Part shown: in pieces, positions 1 to 8,810 of the stretch | Layout of the letters: every line of letters begins with the position of its first letter | Numbering within the stretch: the stretch's first letter is position 1 | From: Parcubacteria group bacterium GW2011_GWA1_47_8 | Lineage (GTDB): Bacteria; Patescibacteriota; Minisyncoccia; Phycocordibacterales; UBA1550 | Assembly (NCBI GenBank): GCA_000996605.1 | Contig: LCOP01000006.1 | Span: 1-49,143, forward strand | Direction of reading: 5' to 3' | Length of the DNA: 49,143 nt | The notes under the pieces: model-generated | Seen by the model: the letters and a program-made list of their open reading frames with translations, nothing else | The model's database searches: none | Told to the model about the DNA's origin: nothing | Position numbers and translations under genes: made by a program

Positions 1-46
1 GAGCTTTCTGTTCGCTCGAGAACTTTCTTCTTGTTTTCATATACGT

Positions 47-1573
47 TCAGTATATCGTAAATTCCTTAGGCAGTTGTCTCATTTGTGGGGGTTGGACCAC
101 TTCCTTTTGCTCTTTGCTCATGATGCGCGCTCCGACGAATGGTGGGTTACCGAGAATGTATGAGAGTTTGTGTTTTGGGACGACATCCTCCCAATTTTTA
201 GTAAGCGCATTGTCATTTACAATCGTCGCTGGTTCACGAAGGGGCAGACGCAAATATGGAGTACCAAGTTTCTTCGCAAGTTCATTATTCATTTGGTGAT
301 CTACAAGGTACATCGCGGTGCGTGCAATGAGGGCAGGCGACTCTTCTATTTCAATTCCATAAAACTGATTAACGTTGAGGAGCGAAAGGTCTCCCGTGCC
401 AATGAGCCTCCTCTGTCCCATTTTATTTTTTATATCAAGGATTTCAAGCTCAAGTCTGCGGAGTTCGCGATAGGTAACCACGAGGAAATTCCCGCAACCG
501 CATGCGGGGTCGAGGAAAGTAAGCTTCGTAAGCTTTTGATGAAATGCATCGAGCTTTTTTGGGTCGTACTTTACTTTGTCAAATTCAACACAAAGCTCAT
601 CAAGGAAAAGCGGTTGAATTACTTTCAAAATATTTTTTTCAGAAGTATAGTGTGCTCCGAGCTGTCGTCGGTTATCTTCGTTCATTACCCCCTGAAACAG
701 GGAACCAAAAATAGATGCTGATATTTCTGACCAACCAAAACTGCAACACTTCACGAGCTTGAGGCGTGCCCCTGCGTCCAAAGACACCGGAGCGATACGT
801 TCCGCAAAAATTCCACCATTGATGTACTCGAACGCATTTAGCTGTTCCTCGAGATTTGTTTGTCGTTTTTCTCTCGGAGTGTTGAGGACTTCGAAAATTT
901 GAAGTAAGTGAATGCCTAAATCGCTTCCGTCAATATTTGTGCGGTCTTCTATGTAACTGCGAAACTGCCCTTGCTGAAATATTCCCGTGTCCTCAGCAAA
1001 AAGACAAAATAATATTCGCGCAAGAAAAACATCGAGGTCGTGCCCGCTGTACCCCGTCTTTGCAATTTCGTTATGAAAATCTGCCATCAGCTTTGCCGCC
1101 TTAATGCTTGCCTCCTCCTCTTTTTCATAATGACGAACCGTATACCCAGAAATAAAGCCAAAAAGTTCTATATTCTTATGTAAATCTTTAAGCAAAAATT
1201 CTTCTTGTTTTTTCTCATCCAAGTCGTATACTCGTATCTTTTCAAAATCGGAGAGAACAACATAGCGGGGGAGTTCCGCATTTTTTAACCCAGGGATATA
1301 ATCTTTCGCCTGCGTGAATGCTTTGTCTAGGTCTTTGCCTCGTGACTTGTGCTCTGCGAGCATTACGCCCTTCCAAAGAACATCAATAAACCCCTGCGCG
1401 CCGTCTTGTTTTTTAACGTTATATTCAAAGGATGCGACTCTTCGACGTGGAACACCAAAAACCTCAAAAAATCCGTCCCAAAAACTTTTTGCTTCTGCAT
1501 CTTCGTTGCATTCTCGCTCCCATTCGTGAGCAAAAACGATGGCGCGATTTCGTATTTCGTTTAGGCTTATCAT
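47..1573 (-). CDS. MmeI-family type IIG/IIL restriction-modification protein (N-terminal PD-ExK-like nuclease, helical spacer, gamma-class N6-adenine methyltransferase). The frame stops about 20 codons after motif IV and no target-recognition domain is present.
   Basis: 508-aa ORF. N-terminus has FIDVLWKGVMLAEHKSRGKDL (D..EHK nuclease-type motif). SAM motif I is FLDPACGCGNFL and catalytic motif IV is NPPF near the C-terminus. TGA lies at 47-49, with only 46 nt of window left. Confidence 0.7.
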   Translation of the reverse strand: MISLNEIRNRAIVFAHEWERECNEDAEAKSFWDGFFEVFGVPRRRVASFEYNVKKQDGAQGFIDVLWKGVMLAEHKSRGKDLDKAFTQAKDYIPGLKNAELPRYVVLSDFEKIRVYDLDEKKQEEFLLKDLHKNIELFGFISGYTVRHYEKEEEASIKAAKLMADFHNEIAKTGYSGHDLDVFLARILFCLFAEDTGIFQQGQFRSYIEDRTNIDGSDLGIHLLQIFEVLNTPREKRQTNLEEQLNAFEYINGGIFAERIAPVSLDAGARLKLVKCCSFGWSEISASIFGSLFQGVMNEDNRRQLGAHYTSEKNILKVIQPLFLDELCVEFDKVKYDPKKLDAFHQKLTKLTFLDPACGCGNFLVVTYRELRRLELEILDIKNKMGQRRLIGTGDLSLLNVNQFYGIEIEESPALIARTAMYLVDHQMNNELAKKLGTPYLRLPLREPATIVNDNALTKNWEDVVPKHKLSYILGNPPFVGARIMSKEQKEVVQPPQMRQLPKEFTIY

Positions 1574-1693
1574 GCTATTTTGTTCATAAAACTATCTTGA
1601 TGTTCTCTAAACTCTAGCATTTTTGGCTTTATTTTGAAATGATGCATTGGGGTGGCTTTTCTTTTTTCGCATTTTCCGTATGCTGGAGGTATT

Positions 1694-2224
1694 ATGTCCG
1701 GACACAATAAATGGGCGCAGATCAAGCGCAAAAAGGCAGTAACGGACGCAAAACGAAGCAAAATCTTCGGGAAATTCTCGCGGCTTATCGTCGTCGAATC
1801 GAAAAAGTCCGGGGGCGATGTGTCCACGCCGGGATTGCGCGCAATCATTGAGCGCGCGAAAAAAGAAAACATGCCGATTGAGAACATCGAGCGCGCGGTG
1901 AAAAAAGGCGCAGGAAGCGATGCAGGAAACATGGCACCGGTACTCTACGAAGCCTACGGCCCCGGCGGATGCGCGATCCTTGTCGAAGGGCTCACGGATA
2001 ATAAAAATCGTACGGTCGCGGAAATAAAGCATATCCTTTCAAAGCACGGCCTCTCGCTCGCAGGGCAAGGCGCCGCCCTTTGGGCATTCACCAAAACCGC
2101 CGACGGCTATGAACCACAAGTAATGATTCCCCTATCGGATGAAGATGGCGAGGCACTCTCGACACTCTTGGACGAGCTTGATGAGAATGATGATGCGCAG
2201 GAGGTGTACACGAATGCGGAATAA
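1694..2224 (+). CDS. yebC: YebC/PmpR-family transcriptional regulator (short form, about 176 aa)
   Basis: MSGHNKWAQIKRKK... N-terminus, YEAYGPGG and LTDNKNRT motifs, C-terminal DDAQEVYTN. GGAGG lies 6 nt upstream of the ATG at 1694. The ORF-track start at 1652 is probably an upstream extension. Confidence 0.85.
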   Translation: MSGHNKWAQIKRKKAVTDAKRSKIFGKFSRLIVVESKKSGGDVSTPGLRAIIERAKKENMPIENIERAVKKGAGSDAGNMAPVLYEAYGPGGCAILVEGLTDNKNRTVAEIKHILSKHGLSLAGQGAALWAFTKTADGYEPQVMIPLSDEDGEALSTLLDELDENDDAQEVYTNAE

Positions 2225-2247
2225 CGCAAAGCGTTATTCCGCATTCG
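2211..2247 (+). terminator. Perfect 17-bp-stem hairpin (loop aaa) overlapping the yebC stop codon; no U-tract
   Basis: cgaatgcggaataacgc-aaa-gcgttattccgcattcg read directly. The stop TAA at 2222-2224 lies inside the left arm. Confidence 0.35.
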
Positions 2248-2340
2248 TGACAACTGACAAGGAACCAAGTGCGGTCCCGTCAACTGTCCGCGTAGCGGTG
2301 TCAATTGTCAAATGTTTGCAGTCAGTGGTACACTGACCCC

Positions 2341-2898
2341 ATGCGCATCATCGCCATCGACCCCGGGTATGAACGGCTAGGGATTGCCGTATTAACCCGC
2401 CAAGATTTTGCTCCACAAAACCTAAGCGGGCAAGGAAAAGCAATTGAAGTCCCCTCCGCACAAGGCTCTGGTGGACCACGGGAAAAACTTCTTTTTTCGG
2501 AGTGTTTTAAAACGAAAGCGGCGCTTCCTTTTGTGGAGCGACTTCTGCTCGTGGGGTGCGAGGTGGCGCGCGTCATTGAGGAGTTTCGTCCCGAAGCGCT
2601 CGCAATTGAAAATCTTTTTATCGACAACAATCAAAAGACCGCCATGCGCGTTGCGGAAGTACGCGGGGCGATTCTCTATCAAGCGCGTCTCTCGGGTCTC
2701 TCAATCGCCGAATACACACCCCTTCAAATCAAGATGGCGACAACAGGGTACGGCAAAGCGACCAAAGATCAAGTGATGTCGATGGTAAAAAAATTTGTTT
2801 TGGGCGCCGGGTCCATAAAACAAGACGACGAAATGGACGCAATCGCTATCGGGCTCACTTATTTTGCCTATTATCGCCCCACATCAACGTCAAAATAA
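2341..2898 (+). CDS. ruvC: Crossover junction endodeoxyribonuclease RuvC (with an internal insertion of about 40 aa)
   Basis: MRIIAIDPGYERLGIAVL N-terminus (catalytic Asp), ALAIENLF, C-terminal DDEMDAIAIGL. Classical yebC-ruvC adjacency. Confidence 0.85.
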   Translation: MRIIAIDPGYERLGIAVLTRQDFAPQNLSGQGKAIEVPSAQGSGGPREKLLFSECFKTKAALPFVERLLLVGCEVARVIEEFRPEALAIENLFIDNNQKTAMRVAEVRGAILYQARLSGLSIAEYTPLQIKMATTGYGKATKDQVMSMVKKFVLGAGSIKQDDEMDAIAIGLTYFAYYRPTSTSK

Positions 2899-2933
2899 TT
2901 ATAGATTACAAGGATTTTTCCATTTTCCCCAAG

Positions 2934-2942
2934 TTATCCACA
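2934..2942 (+). promoter_or_regulatory. Perfect DnaA box TTATCCACA about 100 nt upstream of the small acidic ORF
   Basis: Exact 9-mer read in sequence. Confidence 0.45.
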
Positions 2943-3045
2943 GTTTAAGAGAAAATAAGTTGCAGAAGAAAAAACTTTTTGGTACAACTATGGTGTTGTT
3001 GCGGCACAGAGCGTAGTGCAACACATAATTTTACACATAAATAAT

Positions 3046-3207
3046 ATGGCAGAAGAAGATATAACAAGTGAAGTGAGTGGAGATGTTGACATAACCAACG
3101 CTTTTGATCTCAACGATGATGACGTTGACTTGGGAGACGACTCGGTTGGACTCTTGAGTGAGGAGGATCCTGTCCCAGGATTTGTATCACGTAGTTTCGA
3201 GGACTAG
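3046..3207 (+). CDS. Small, extremely acidic protein (53 aa), unknown function
   Basis: ORF MAEEDITSEVSGDVDITNAFDLNDDDVDLGDDSVGLLSEEDPVPGFVSRSFED, followed 11 nt later by a strong intrinsic terminator. No SD. Confidence 0.4.
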   Translation: MAEEDITSEVSGDVDITNAFDLNDDDVDLGDDSVGLLSEEDPVPGFVSRSFED

Positions 3208-3217
3208 TGCTCTATTT

Positions 3218-3249
3218 AAGAAGCCGCCCAAGTGGGCGGCTTCTTTTAT
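3218..3249 (+). terminator. Rho-independent terminator
   Basis: aagaagccgccc-aagt-gggcggcttctt followed by tt(a)t. A 12-bp GC-rich stem. Confidence 0.8.
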
Positions 3250-3251
3250 AT

Positions 3252-3273
3252 CATTTCTAAATAACTCTTGTAT
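3252..3273 (+). repeat. Copy A of a dispersed TCTAAATAAC-core repeat
   Basis: catttctaaataactcttgtat. It matches copy C (4611-4635) directly and copy B (3379-3400) as an inverted repeat. Confidence 0.5.
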
Positions 3274-3378
3274 AAAAAAAATTTAAAAAAATCAAGCGAG
3301 ACAAAGAGAAAATTCTAAAGAATATAGAGATATTTTGAAGAATTTCCTCAAAGTCGTAGCAGAAATTTTTGGATTATG

Positions 3379-3407
3379 ATACATAGGTTATTTAGAGATG
3401 GTATTAT
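3379..3407 (-). repeat. Copy B (inverted) of the TCTAAATAAC-core repeat, overlapping the tyrS stop codon
   Basis: atacataggttatttagagatggtattat. Positions 3388-3407 are the reverse complement of 4605-4624 with 1 mismatch in 20. Confidence 0.5.
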
Positions 3408-4594
3408 GTCGCGCGAATTTTTACAAATCGGCGTTTTCCTATTTTGTATATTCCGTTCACCGCGACCTCGAAGTGATTCGTAATCTTTTCTTCCACATCC
3501 CCATCCATACGCCTTACCGCACCTTCGTCCACAAGGCGTCGCCAGTCACTCTTTGAAACCACAATTCCCGCGCGCACCAAGAGATCGGAAAATAGCTCGC
3601 CCGCCTTCATGTCGATTTCTTGGATGTCGTCGGGAACTTCTTTTTTTTGAAATGTTGCAATAAATCCTTTGCGTGTGCGAAGAGCCTCCTCTTTTCCATG
3701 ATACATTGAGACAATCTCTGTTGCGAGGTCGAGTTTGAGATTACGCGGATTATCGCCGCGTCCAAGAGCTCCGCGTACTTCGCCAAGGTGCTCTGGAGAC
3801 ACATGTGTTGCATGCACAAAATATTTAATAATAAATTCATCGCGCAAGCTCATCACCTTTCCAAACATGTCGCTCGGCATATCGGTAAGGTTCACCGTAT
3901 TCCCCCAGCTCGAGCTCATTTTGCGCCCATCGAGCCCTTCAATAAGGTCGACCATTAAAATGCTTTGTGGTTCTTTGCCAAAATGTTCTTGGAGTCTGCG
4001 CCCCGCAAGCATGTTGAATTTCTGGTCGGTCCCCCCAATCTCTATGTCTGCATCCACAGCGACACTATCGTAGCCTTGCATCAATGGGTAGAGAAGCTCG
4101 CGCAAAGACACCCGCATACCCCTATCCATGCGGCGTTTAATGTTTTCCCGTGCGATAAAATCTGAGAGCGAAAAAGCTTCGGCGTGCTCGGTGATTTCGC
4201 GATAGGTAAGTTTTTCGAGCCATTCAGTGTTCTTGTGCTTTTCAACCTTGTTCATGTCAAGAATCTTCCCTGCTTGTTCAAAATAGGTGGCGAGGTTTTG
4301 CTCCACCACTTCGCGAGAGAGCATTGGGCGCTCGCTTTCTTTGTCCGAGGTATCGCCAATCACCCCCGTAAAGTCACCAATGATAAAAACAATGGTGTGT
4401 CCGAGGTCTTGGAGGTCACGGAGTTTCCACAGAGCGACCGCACGCCCAAGATGGATATGGGGGCTCGTAGGATCAATGCCGAATTTCACCCGAAGTGGCT
4501 TTCCGGCGAGAAGTTTTGTCCGAAGTGTATCCAAATGAATCACCTCGGCAACCCCCCGCGTCAAGAGTTCATCAATTTTTTGAATATCTATCAT
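3404..4594 (-). CDS. tyrS: Tyrosine--tRNA ligase
   Basis: HIGH-type motif PHIHLGR, KMSKS-type motif KMSSS, C-terminal S4-like RNA-binding domain. 396 aa. Confidence 0.88.
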   Translation of the reverse strand: MIDIQKIDELLTRGVAEVIHLDTLRTKLLAGKPLRVKFGIDPTSPHIHLGRAVALWKLRDLQDLGHTIVFIIGDFTGVIGDTSDKESERPMLSREVVEQNLATYFEQAGKILDMNKVEKHKNTEWLEKLTYREITEHAEAFSLSDFIARENIKRRMDRGMRVSLRELLYPLMQGYDSVAVDADIEIGGTDQKFNMLAGRRLQEHFGKEPQSILMVDLIEGLDGRKMSSSWGNTVNLTDMPSDMFGKVMSLRDEFIIKYFVHATHVSPEHLGEVRGALGRGDNPRNLKLDLATEIVSMYHGKEEALRTRKGFIATFQKKEVPDDIQEIDMKAGELFSDLLVRAGIVVSKSDWRRLVDEGAVRRMDGDVEEKITNHFEVAVNGIYKIGKRRFVKIRAT

Positions 4595-4604
4595 ATTATT
4601 TCTT

Positions 4605-4640
4605 ATAATACCATATCTAAATAACTCTTACATAAAAATT
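4605..4640 (+). repeat. Copy C of the TCTAAATAAC-core repeat in the tyrS/PBP divergent promoter region
   Basis: ataataccatatctaaataactcttacataaaaatt. On the minus strand it contains TGGTATTAT (extended -10) 10 nt before the tyrS ATG. Confidence 0.5.
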
Positions 4641-4656
4641 CGCCGAACAGATTAGT

Positions 4657-7224
4657 ATGTGGTATTATGGTGTTACTTTTATGGTGCGTAAAACCCTTCC
4701 TAAAAAAAAGAAGCGTCGCTTTTTTGAGAAAAAGCGCGTCACTTCAATCTTCCTTTTCTTGGTAAGCGGAGGATTTTTCCTCGCGGGAATCTTTTTATTA
4801 TGGGCGTCTTTCCTTAAAATTCCCGATTTTACCGGATTTAGTCAAAGAAAAATCGTTGAGTCTACAAAGATATACGACCGAACCGGGGAAATTCTGCTTT
4901 ATGATGTTCATCAAAATGTAAAACGTACCATTGTTCCCTTTGAGGAAATCTCTCCGTGGGTTAAAAAAGCGGTCATTGCGATTGAAGATACGGGATTTTA
5001 CCAACATCACGGCGTCAGTTTTCGTGGAATTGCACGCGCAATTCTCTATGGTGGCACGCGCGGAGGGGGATCAACAATCACCCAACAGGTAGTCAAAAAT
5101 ACCCTCCTTACCTCGGAAAAAAGAATAACAAGGAAATTGAAAGAGTTTATTTTATCATTCAAACTTGAACAAGCGTTCACCAAAGACCAAATTCTGGCCG
5201 TCTATCTCAATGAAATCCCCTATGGAGGCAATTTATACGGTATTGCCGAAGCAAGCCGTGCTTTTTTTGGCAAAGAATCCAAAGACATAACCCTTGCCGA
5301 AGCGGCATATATCGCCGCTCTCCCGAACGCCCCGACATATTATTCTCCTTATGGAAATCACAAGAAGGAACTCGATGAGCGTAAAAATTTTATATTGAAA
5401 CGGATGCTTGATCTCAAACTAATCACTACCACTGAATACCAACCAGCAATTGCGGAAAAAGTTGCATTCCTCCCCCGGGAACCGCGCGGAATCAAAGCGC
5501 CACACTTTATCGAGTGGATCAAAGAATACTTGGTGCAAAAATATGGGGAGCTCGCAGTCGAGGAAAACGGGTATACGGTTATCACCACCCTTGATTATGA
5601 TCTTCAGAAAAAAGCGGAGGAAACGGTTGATAAATTTGCTGCCGATATGGAAAATAAATACGGGGCAAAGAATATGGCTCTTGTGGCAATTGACCCCCAA
5701 ACCGGACAAGTTCTCTCTATGATTGGCTCACGAAACTATTTTGATACCGCAAATGAAGGAAATTTCAACGTTGCCCTTGCCTTCCGTCAGCCAGGATCAA
5801 CCTTCAAGCCTTTTGCATACGCAACTGCGTTCAAAAAAGGATATACTCCGGAAACAATACTATTCGATGTATCAACAAGCTTTAGCACTGGTTGTGATTG
5901 GCACGGCGTCCCCCTTACCTCTGCCATTAAAAAAGAGGATTGTTATATGCCGGAAAACTATGAAGGGGACTATCGAGGGCCACTCTCTATGCGGAGCTCC
6001 CTTGCACAATCACGCAACATCCCCTCAGTAAAGACATTATACCTCGCAGGAATTGATGAGACTATTGCTACCGCAAAACAGATGGGTATCACCAGCTTGG
6101 GCGACCGATCCCGATTTGGCCTTTCCCTTGTTTTGGGAGGTGGTGAAGTGTCGCTCCTCGACCTTACAGGAGCATATGGCGTCTTCGCGAACGACGGCGA
6201 AAAAAACAAAACTACTGCAATCCTTCGCATTGAAGACCGAAATGGTACTATTGTGGAAGAATTCAAAAAAGACGCGGAGCAGGTTCTTCCTGTTGAAATT
6301 TCTCGGCAAATCACCAGTATCCTTTCTGATAACAAGGCGCGCACACCAACATTTGGCGCAAACTCAAATCTCTATTTCCCCAACCAAGATGTTGCCGTAA
6401 AGACTGGTACGACTAACGACTACCGCGATGTGTGGACAGTGGGATACACTCCACGAGTCGTCGTCGGTATGTGGGGAGGAAACAATGACAACACCCCTAT
6501 TAAAAAGGGAAATTCCGCCGCGTACACCATCTCAAATGTATGGCATGCGGTGATGAATGACACCCTAAAACGTTTTCCTCCCGAGAAATTCATTGCGCCA
6601 GAAAAAGAAGATTTAACCATACTCCCCGCACCCCTTGCGGGGATATGGAAGGGTGGGGAGAAATATATCATTGATAAAATATCTGGGAAACTCGCAACAC
6701 CAGAAACTCCAAAAGAAATGCGGGAAATTGTTGTTGTTCCCGAGGTCCATACAATCCTTCATTGGGTGGACAAAGACCACCCCCGCGAGACACCCCCCTC
6801 AAGCCCCAGAAATGACTCGCAATATGGTTTATGGGAGGAGCCTATCCGACAGTGGGTTCTTTCACAAGGAATCATTGAGGGTGACCGTAGTGGCATTCCC
6901 ACAGAATACGAGACGGTGCATAACAATGAGTCTGCGCCGATTCTTTCTTTAGCTGGTACTGATTTCTCTCTGCTCCACAAAAACGATGAGCGGATTGAAA
7001 TAATGGTTTCTAGTATGGGGAAGTACCCATTAAACCGTGTTGATCTTTATGTAAACGGAACAATGGTTGATCAAAAAAATCAAGTGCCCTTCTCTTTTTC
7101 CTTTGTTCCTCAAAATATTGATAATATCTCTACAGAAAATACCCTTGTGTTTGTTGGGTATGATATTGTTTCCAATAAATCTTCCTCAAGTACCGTTTTG
7201 AGTATTAAACAAACCGAAAATTAA
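4657..7224 (+). CDS. Class A penicillin-binding protein (bifunctional glycosyltransferase/transpeptidase, PBP1A type)
   Basis: GT51 motifs EDTGFYQHHG, GGSTITQQ, RKLKEF. Transpeptidase motifs STFKP (SxxK), SRN, KTGT. N-terminal TM helix. An alternative start ATG lies at 4681. Confidence 0.9.
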   Translation: MWYYGVTFMVRKTLPKKKKRRFFEKKRVTSIFLFLVSGGFFLAGIFLLWASFLKIPDFTGFSQRKIVESTKIYDRTGEILLYDVHQNVKRTIVPFEEISPWVKKAVIAIEDTGFYQHHGVSFRGIARAILYGGTRGGGSTITQQVVKNTLLTSEKRITRKLKEFILSFKLEQAFTKDQILAVYLNEIPYGGNLYGIAEASRAFFGKESKDITLAEAAYIAALPNAPTYYSPYGNHKKELDERKNFILKRMLDLKLITTTEYQPAIAEKVAFLPREPRGIKAPHFIEWIKEYLVQKYGELAVEENGYTVITTLDYDLQKKAEETVDKFAADMENKYGAKNMALVAIDPQTGQVLSMIGSRNYFDTANEGNFNVALAFRQPGSTFKPFAYATAFKKGYTPETILFDVSTSFSTGCDWHGVPLTSAIKKEDCYMPENYEGDYRGPLSMRSSLAQSRNIPSVKTLYLAGIDETIATAKQMGITSLGDRSRFGLSLVLGGGEVSLLDLTGAYGVFANDGEKNKTTAILRIEDRNGTIVEEFKKDAEQVLPVEISRQITSILSDNKARTPTFGANSNLYFPNQDVAVKTGTTNDYRDVWTVGYTPRVVVGMWGGNNDNTPIKKGNSAAYTISNVWHAVMNDTLKRFPPEKFIAPEKEDLTILPAPLAGIWKGGEKYIIDKISGKLATPETPKEMREIVVVPEVHTILHWVDKDHPRETPPSSPRNDSQYGLWEEPIRQWVLSQGIIEGDRSGIPTEYETVHNNESAPILSLAGTDFSLLHKNDERIEIMVSSMGKYPLNRVDLYVNGTMVDQKNQVPFSFSFVPQNIDNISTENTLVFVGYDIVSNKSSSSTVLSIKQTEN

Positions 7225-7479
7225 TTAATAGATATCTGAAAAAAAATCACACCCGGGAAGATTTCGTATTTTTCTAAGGATCTCTTCTTTTTTGATGAGG
7301 ATTTCTGTTTTAATAATTGGAGGAACTTTAAGAAAAATAGTGTTTTTTTGTAAGACCACCTGCGGAATGATTACAGGAATATTATGTAATCTAAAAACTC
7401 CAACAATAAGCCCTTTTTTTGCTTTTTCTGTGTTGCTTACATTTTTAAACCGCGAAAGAAATTGGCTGATTGATAGCAT
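7225..7479 (-). CDS. Small protein translationally coupled to dnaN; tentatively DUF721/DciA-like
   Basis: 84-aa ORF whose start overlaps the dnaN stop. The position downstream of dnaN and the pattern VLQKNTIFLKVPPIIKTEILIKKEEILRKI resemble DUF721. The family call is tentative. Confidence 0.45.
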   Translation of the reverse strand: MLSISQFLSRFKNVSNTEKAKKGLIVGVFRLHNIPVIIPQVVLQKNTIFLKVPPIIKTEILIKKEEILRKIRNLPGCDFFSDIY

Positions 7480-8579
7480 TATCGTGTAAGAGGCATTGCG
7501 AGGTTGGTAAAAGAGAGGTCTCCAAGTCCTCGAATCACCGCTGATTTATCTGGTCCATTAAATTGAATGACCACACTATCTTTTTCAATAGAGTTCAAAC
7601 AATCAAAGATGTGTTTCCCGTTGAGGGATATTTCAATAGGGTCTCCGGAGATTGTTGTGGTTATGTGTGATTTTGTTTCTCCTATTTCGGTGTTTTTTGT
7701 TGAGATAACACATTCTTTTTTTTGTGGGTTTATGGTAAAAGTGATTTTTTTGAATTTATCAGAAAAAAGGGTGGTGAGTTTTAGTGTGTTTATAAGGTCT
7801 TGTTTCAATATAATAATCTCTGTGGTGTGTGTTTTGGGAATAATTTGTTCGTAATCTGGGTATACACCTTGAATGACCCGCGAGGTGATGTAAAATGATG
7901 CGCCGACACATGAGATTTGTGTTTTTGTCACCACAAAAGAAATATCTTCATTCATTAACTCAATAACTTTTATTATTTCAAGGATATTTTTAATAGGAAC
8001 TATAATTCCGTGTGATAAGTTGATATTCGGTTGTTTAATTCTCCTTTCTGAAAGGTGAAATGAATCAGTTGCCACAAAAACTAAGGTGTCTGATATTTGG
8101 TGTATGTAAATACTCGCTATTTCTGGTTTAATATCTGAAAATGCGGCACTAGTGATCACTGATTTAACACCTTGAATGAATTTTTGGGGTGATATGGTGA
8201 ATTTTTCACCTTCATGAATAATAGGGATGGTTGGAAAATCATCAGGAAGTATTCCTTTTATGGTTAGGTGTTTCGTTTTTGTTGTTATAGTACATACTCC
8301 CTGAGAAACCTCAATGGTCACTTCTTGTTCATCAGGGATATTAGTTAAGATATTCGCCAAAAGCGTCCCTTGGATTGCAATACTTCCTTCGATTATTATT
8401 TCTGCTGGTATTTGAAACTCAACACCGACCTCAAGGTTTGTTGACCGAATGATCAACTTTTTTTTATCAGTCATAAGGAGTACGGATCCTAAAATAGGGA
8501 GTGATAGATTTTTCCCCGTAATACGATCTGCACTTGTTATATATTTATTGAGGAGCACGCGGTTACAAATGAGTTTCAT
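7479..8579 (-). CDS. dnaN: DNA polymerase III beta sliding clamp
   Basis: 366 aa with typical N-terminus (LPILGSVLL, STNLEVG), immediately downstream of dnaA. Confidence 0.93.
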   Translation of the reverse strand: MKLICNRVLLNKYITSADRITGKNLSLPILGSVLLMTDKKKLIIRSTNLEVGVEFQIPAEIIIEGSIAIQGTLLANILTNIPDEQEVTIEVSQGVCTITTKTKHLTIKGILPDDFPTIPIIHEGEKFTISPQKFIQGVKSVITSAAFSDIKPEIASIYIHQISDTLVFVATDSFHLSERRIKQPNINLSHGIIVPIKNILEIIKVIELMNEDISFVVTKTQISCVGASFYITSRVIQGVYPDYEQIIPKTHTTEIIILKQDLINTLKLTTLFSDKFKKITFTINPQKKECVISTKNTEIGETKSHITTTISGDPIEISLNGKHIFDCLNSIEKDSVVIQFNGPDKSAVIRGLGDLSFTNLAMPLTR

Positions 8580-8810
8580 GGTATTGTATTACTTTTAATA
8601 TAAATACTTATTTTTATTATTATGAGTGTGGATTTGTGGATAACTCGTTTTTTCTATTACAACCACAATCTTTTTTATAAATAAGTAAATTTTAATTTAA
8701 GGGATAATTTTTTATTACTTGTTAATAACTTATATAAAAAATAATTTAAGTATTATTTATAGGACGTTATAAACAAAACATAAATGATTTATCCACAACT
8801 TTTAAACAAA
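8580..8810. other. Probable oriC: very AT-rich dnaA-dnaN spacer with DnaA boxes
   Basis: Perfect boxes TGTGGATAA at 8635-8643 and TTATCCACA at 8789-8797, and a near-box TGTGGATTT at 8627-8635. Long A/T runs lie between them. Confidence 0.7.
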
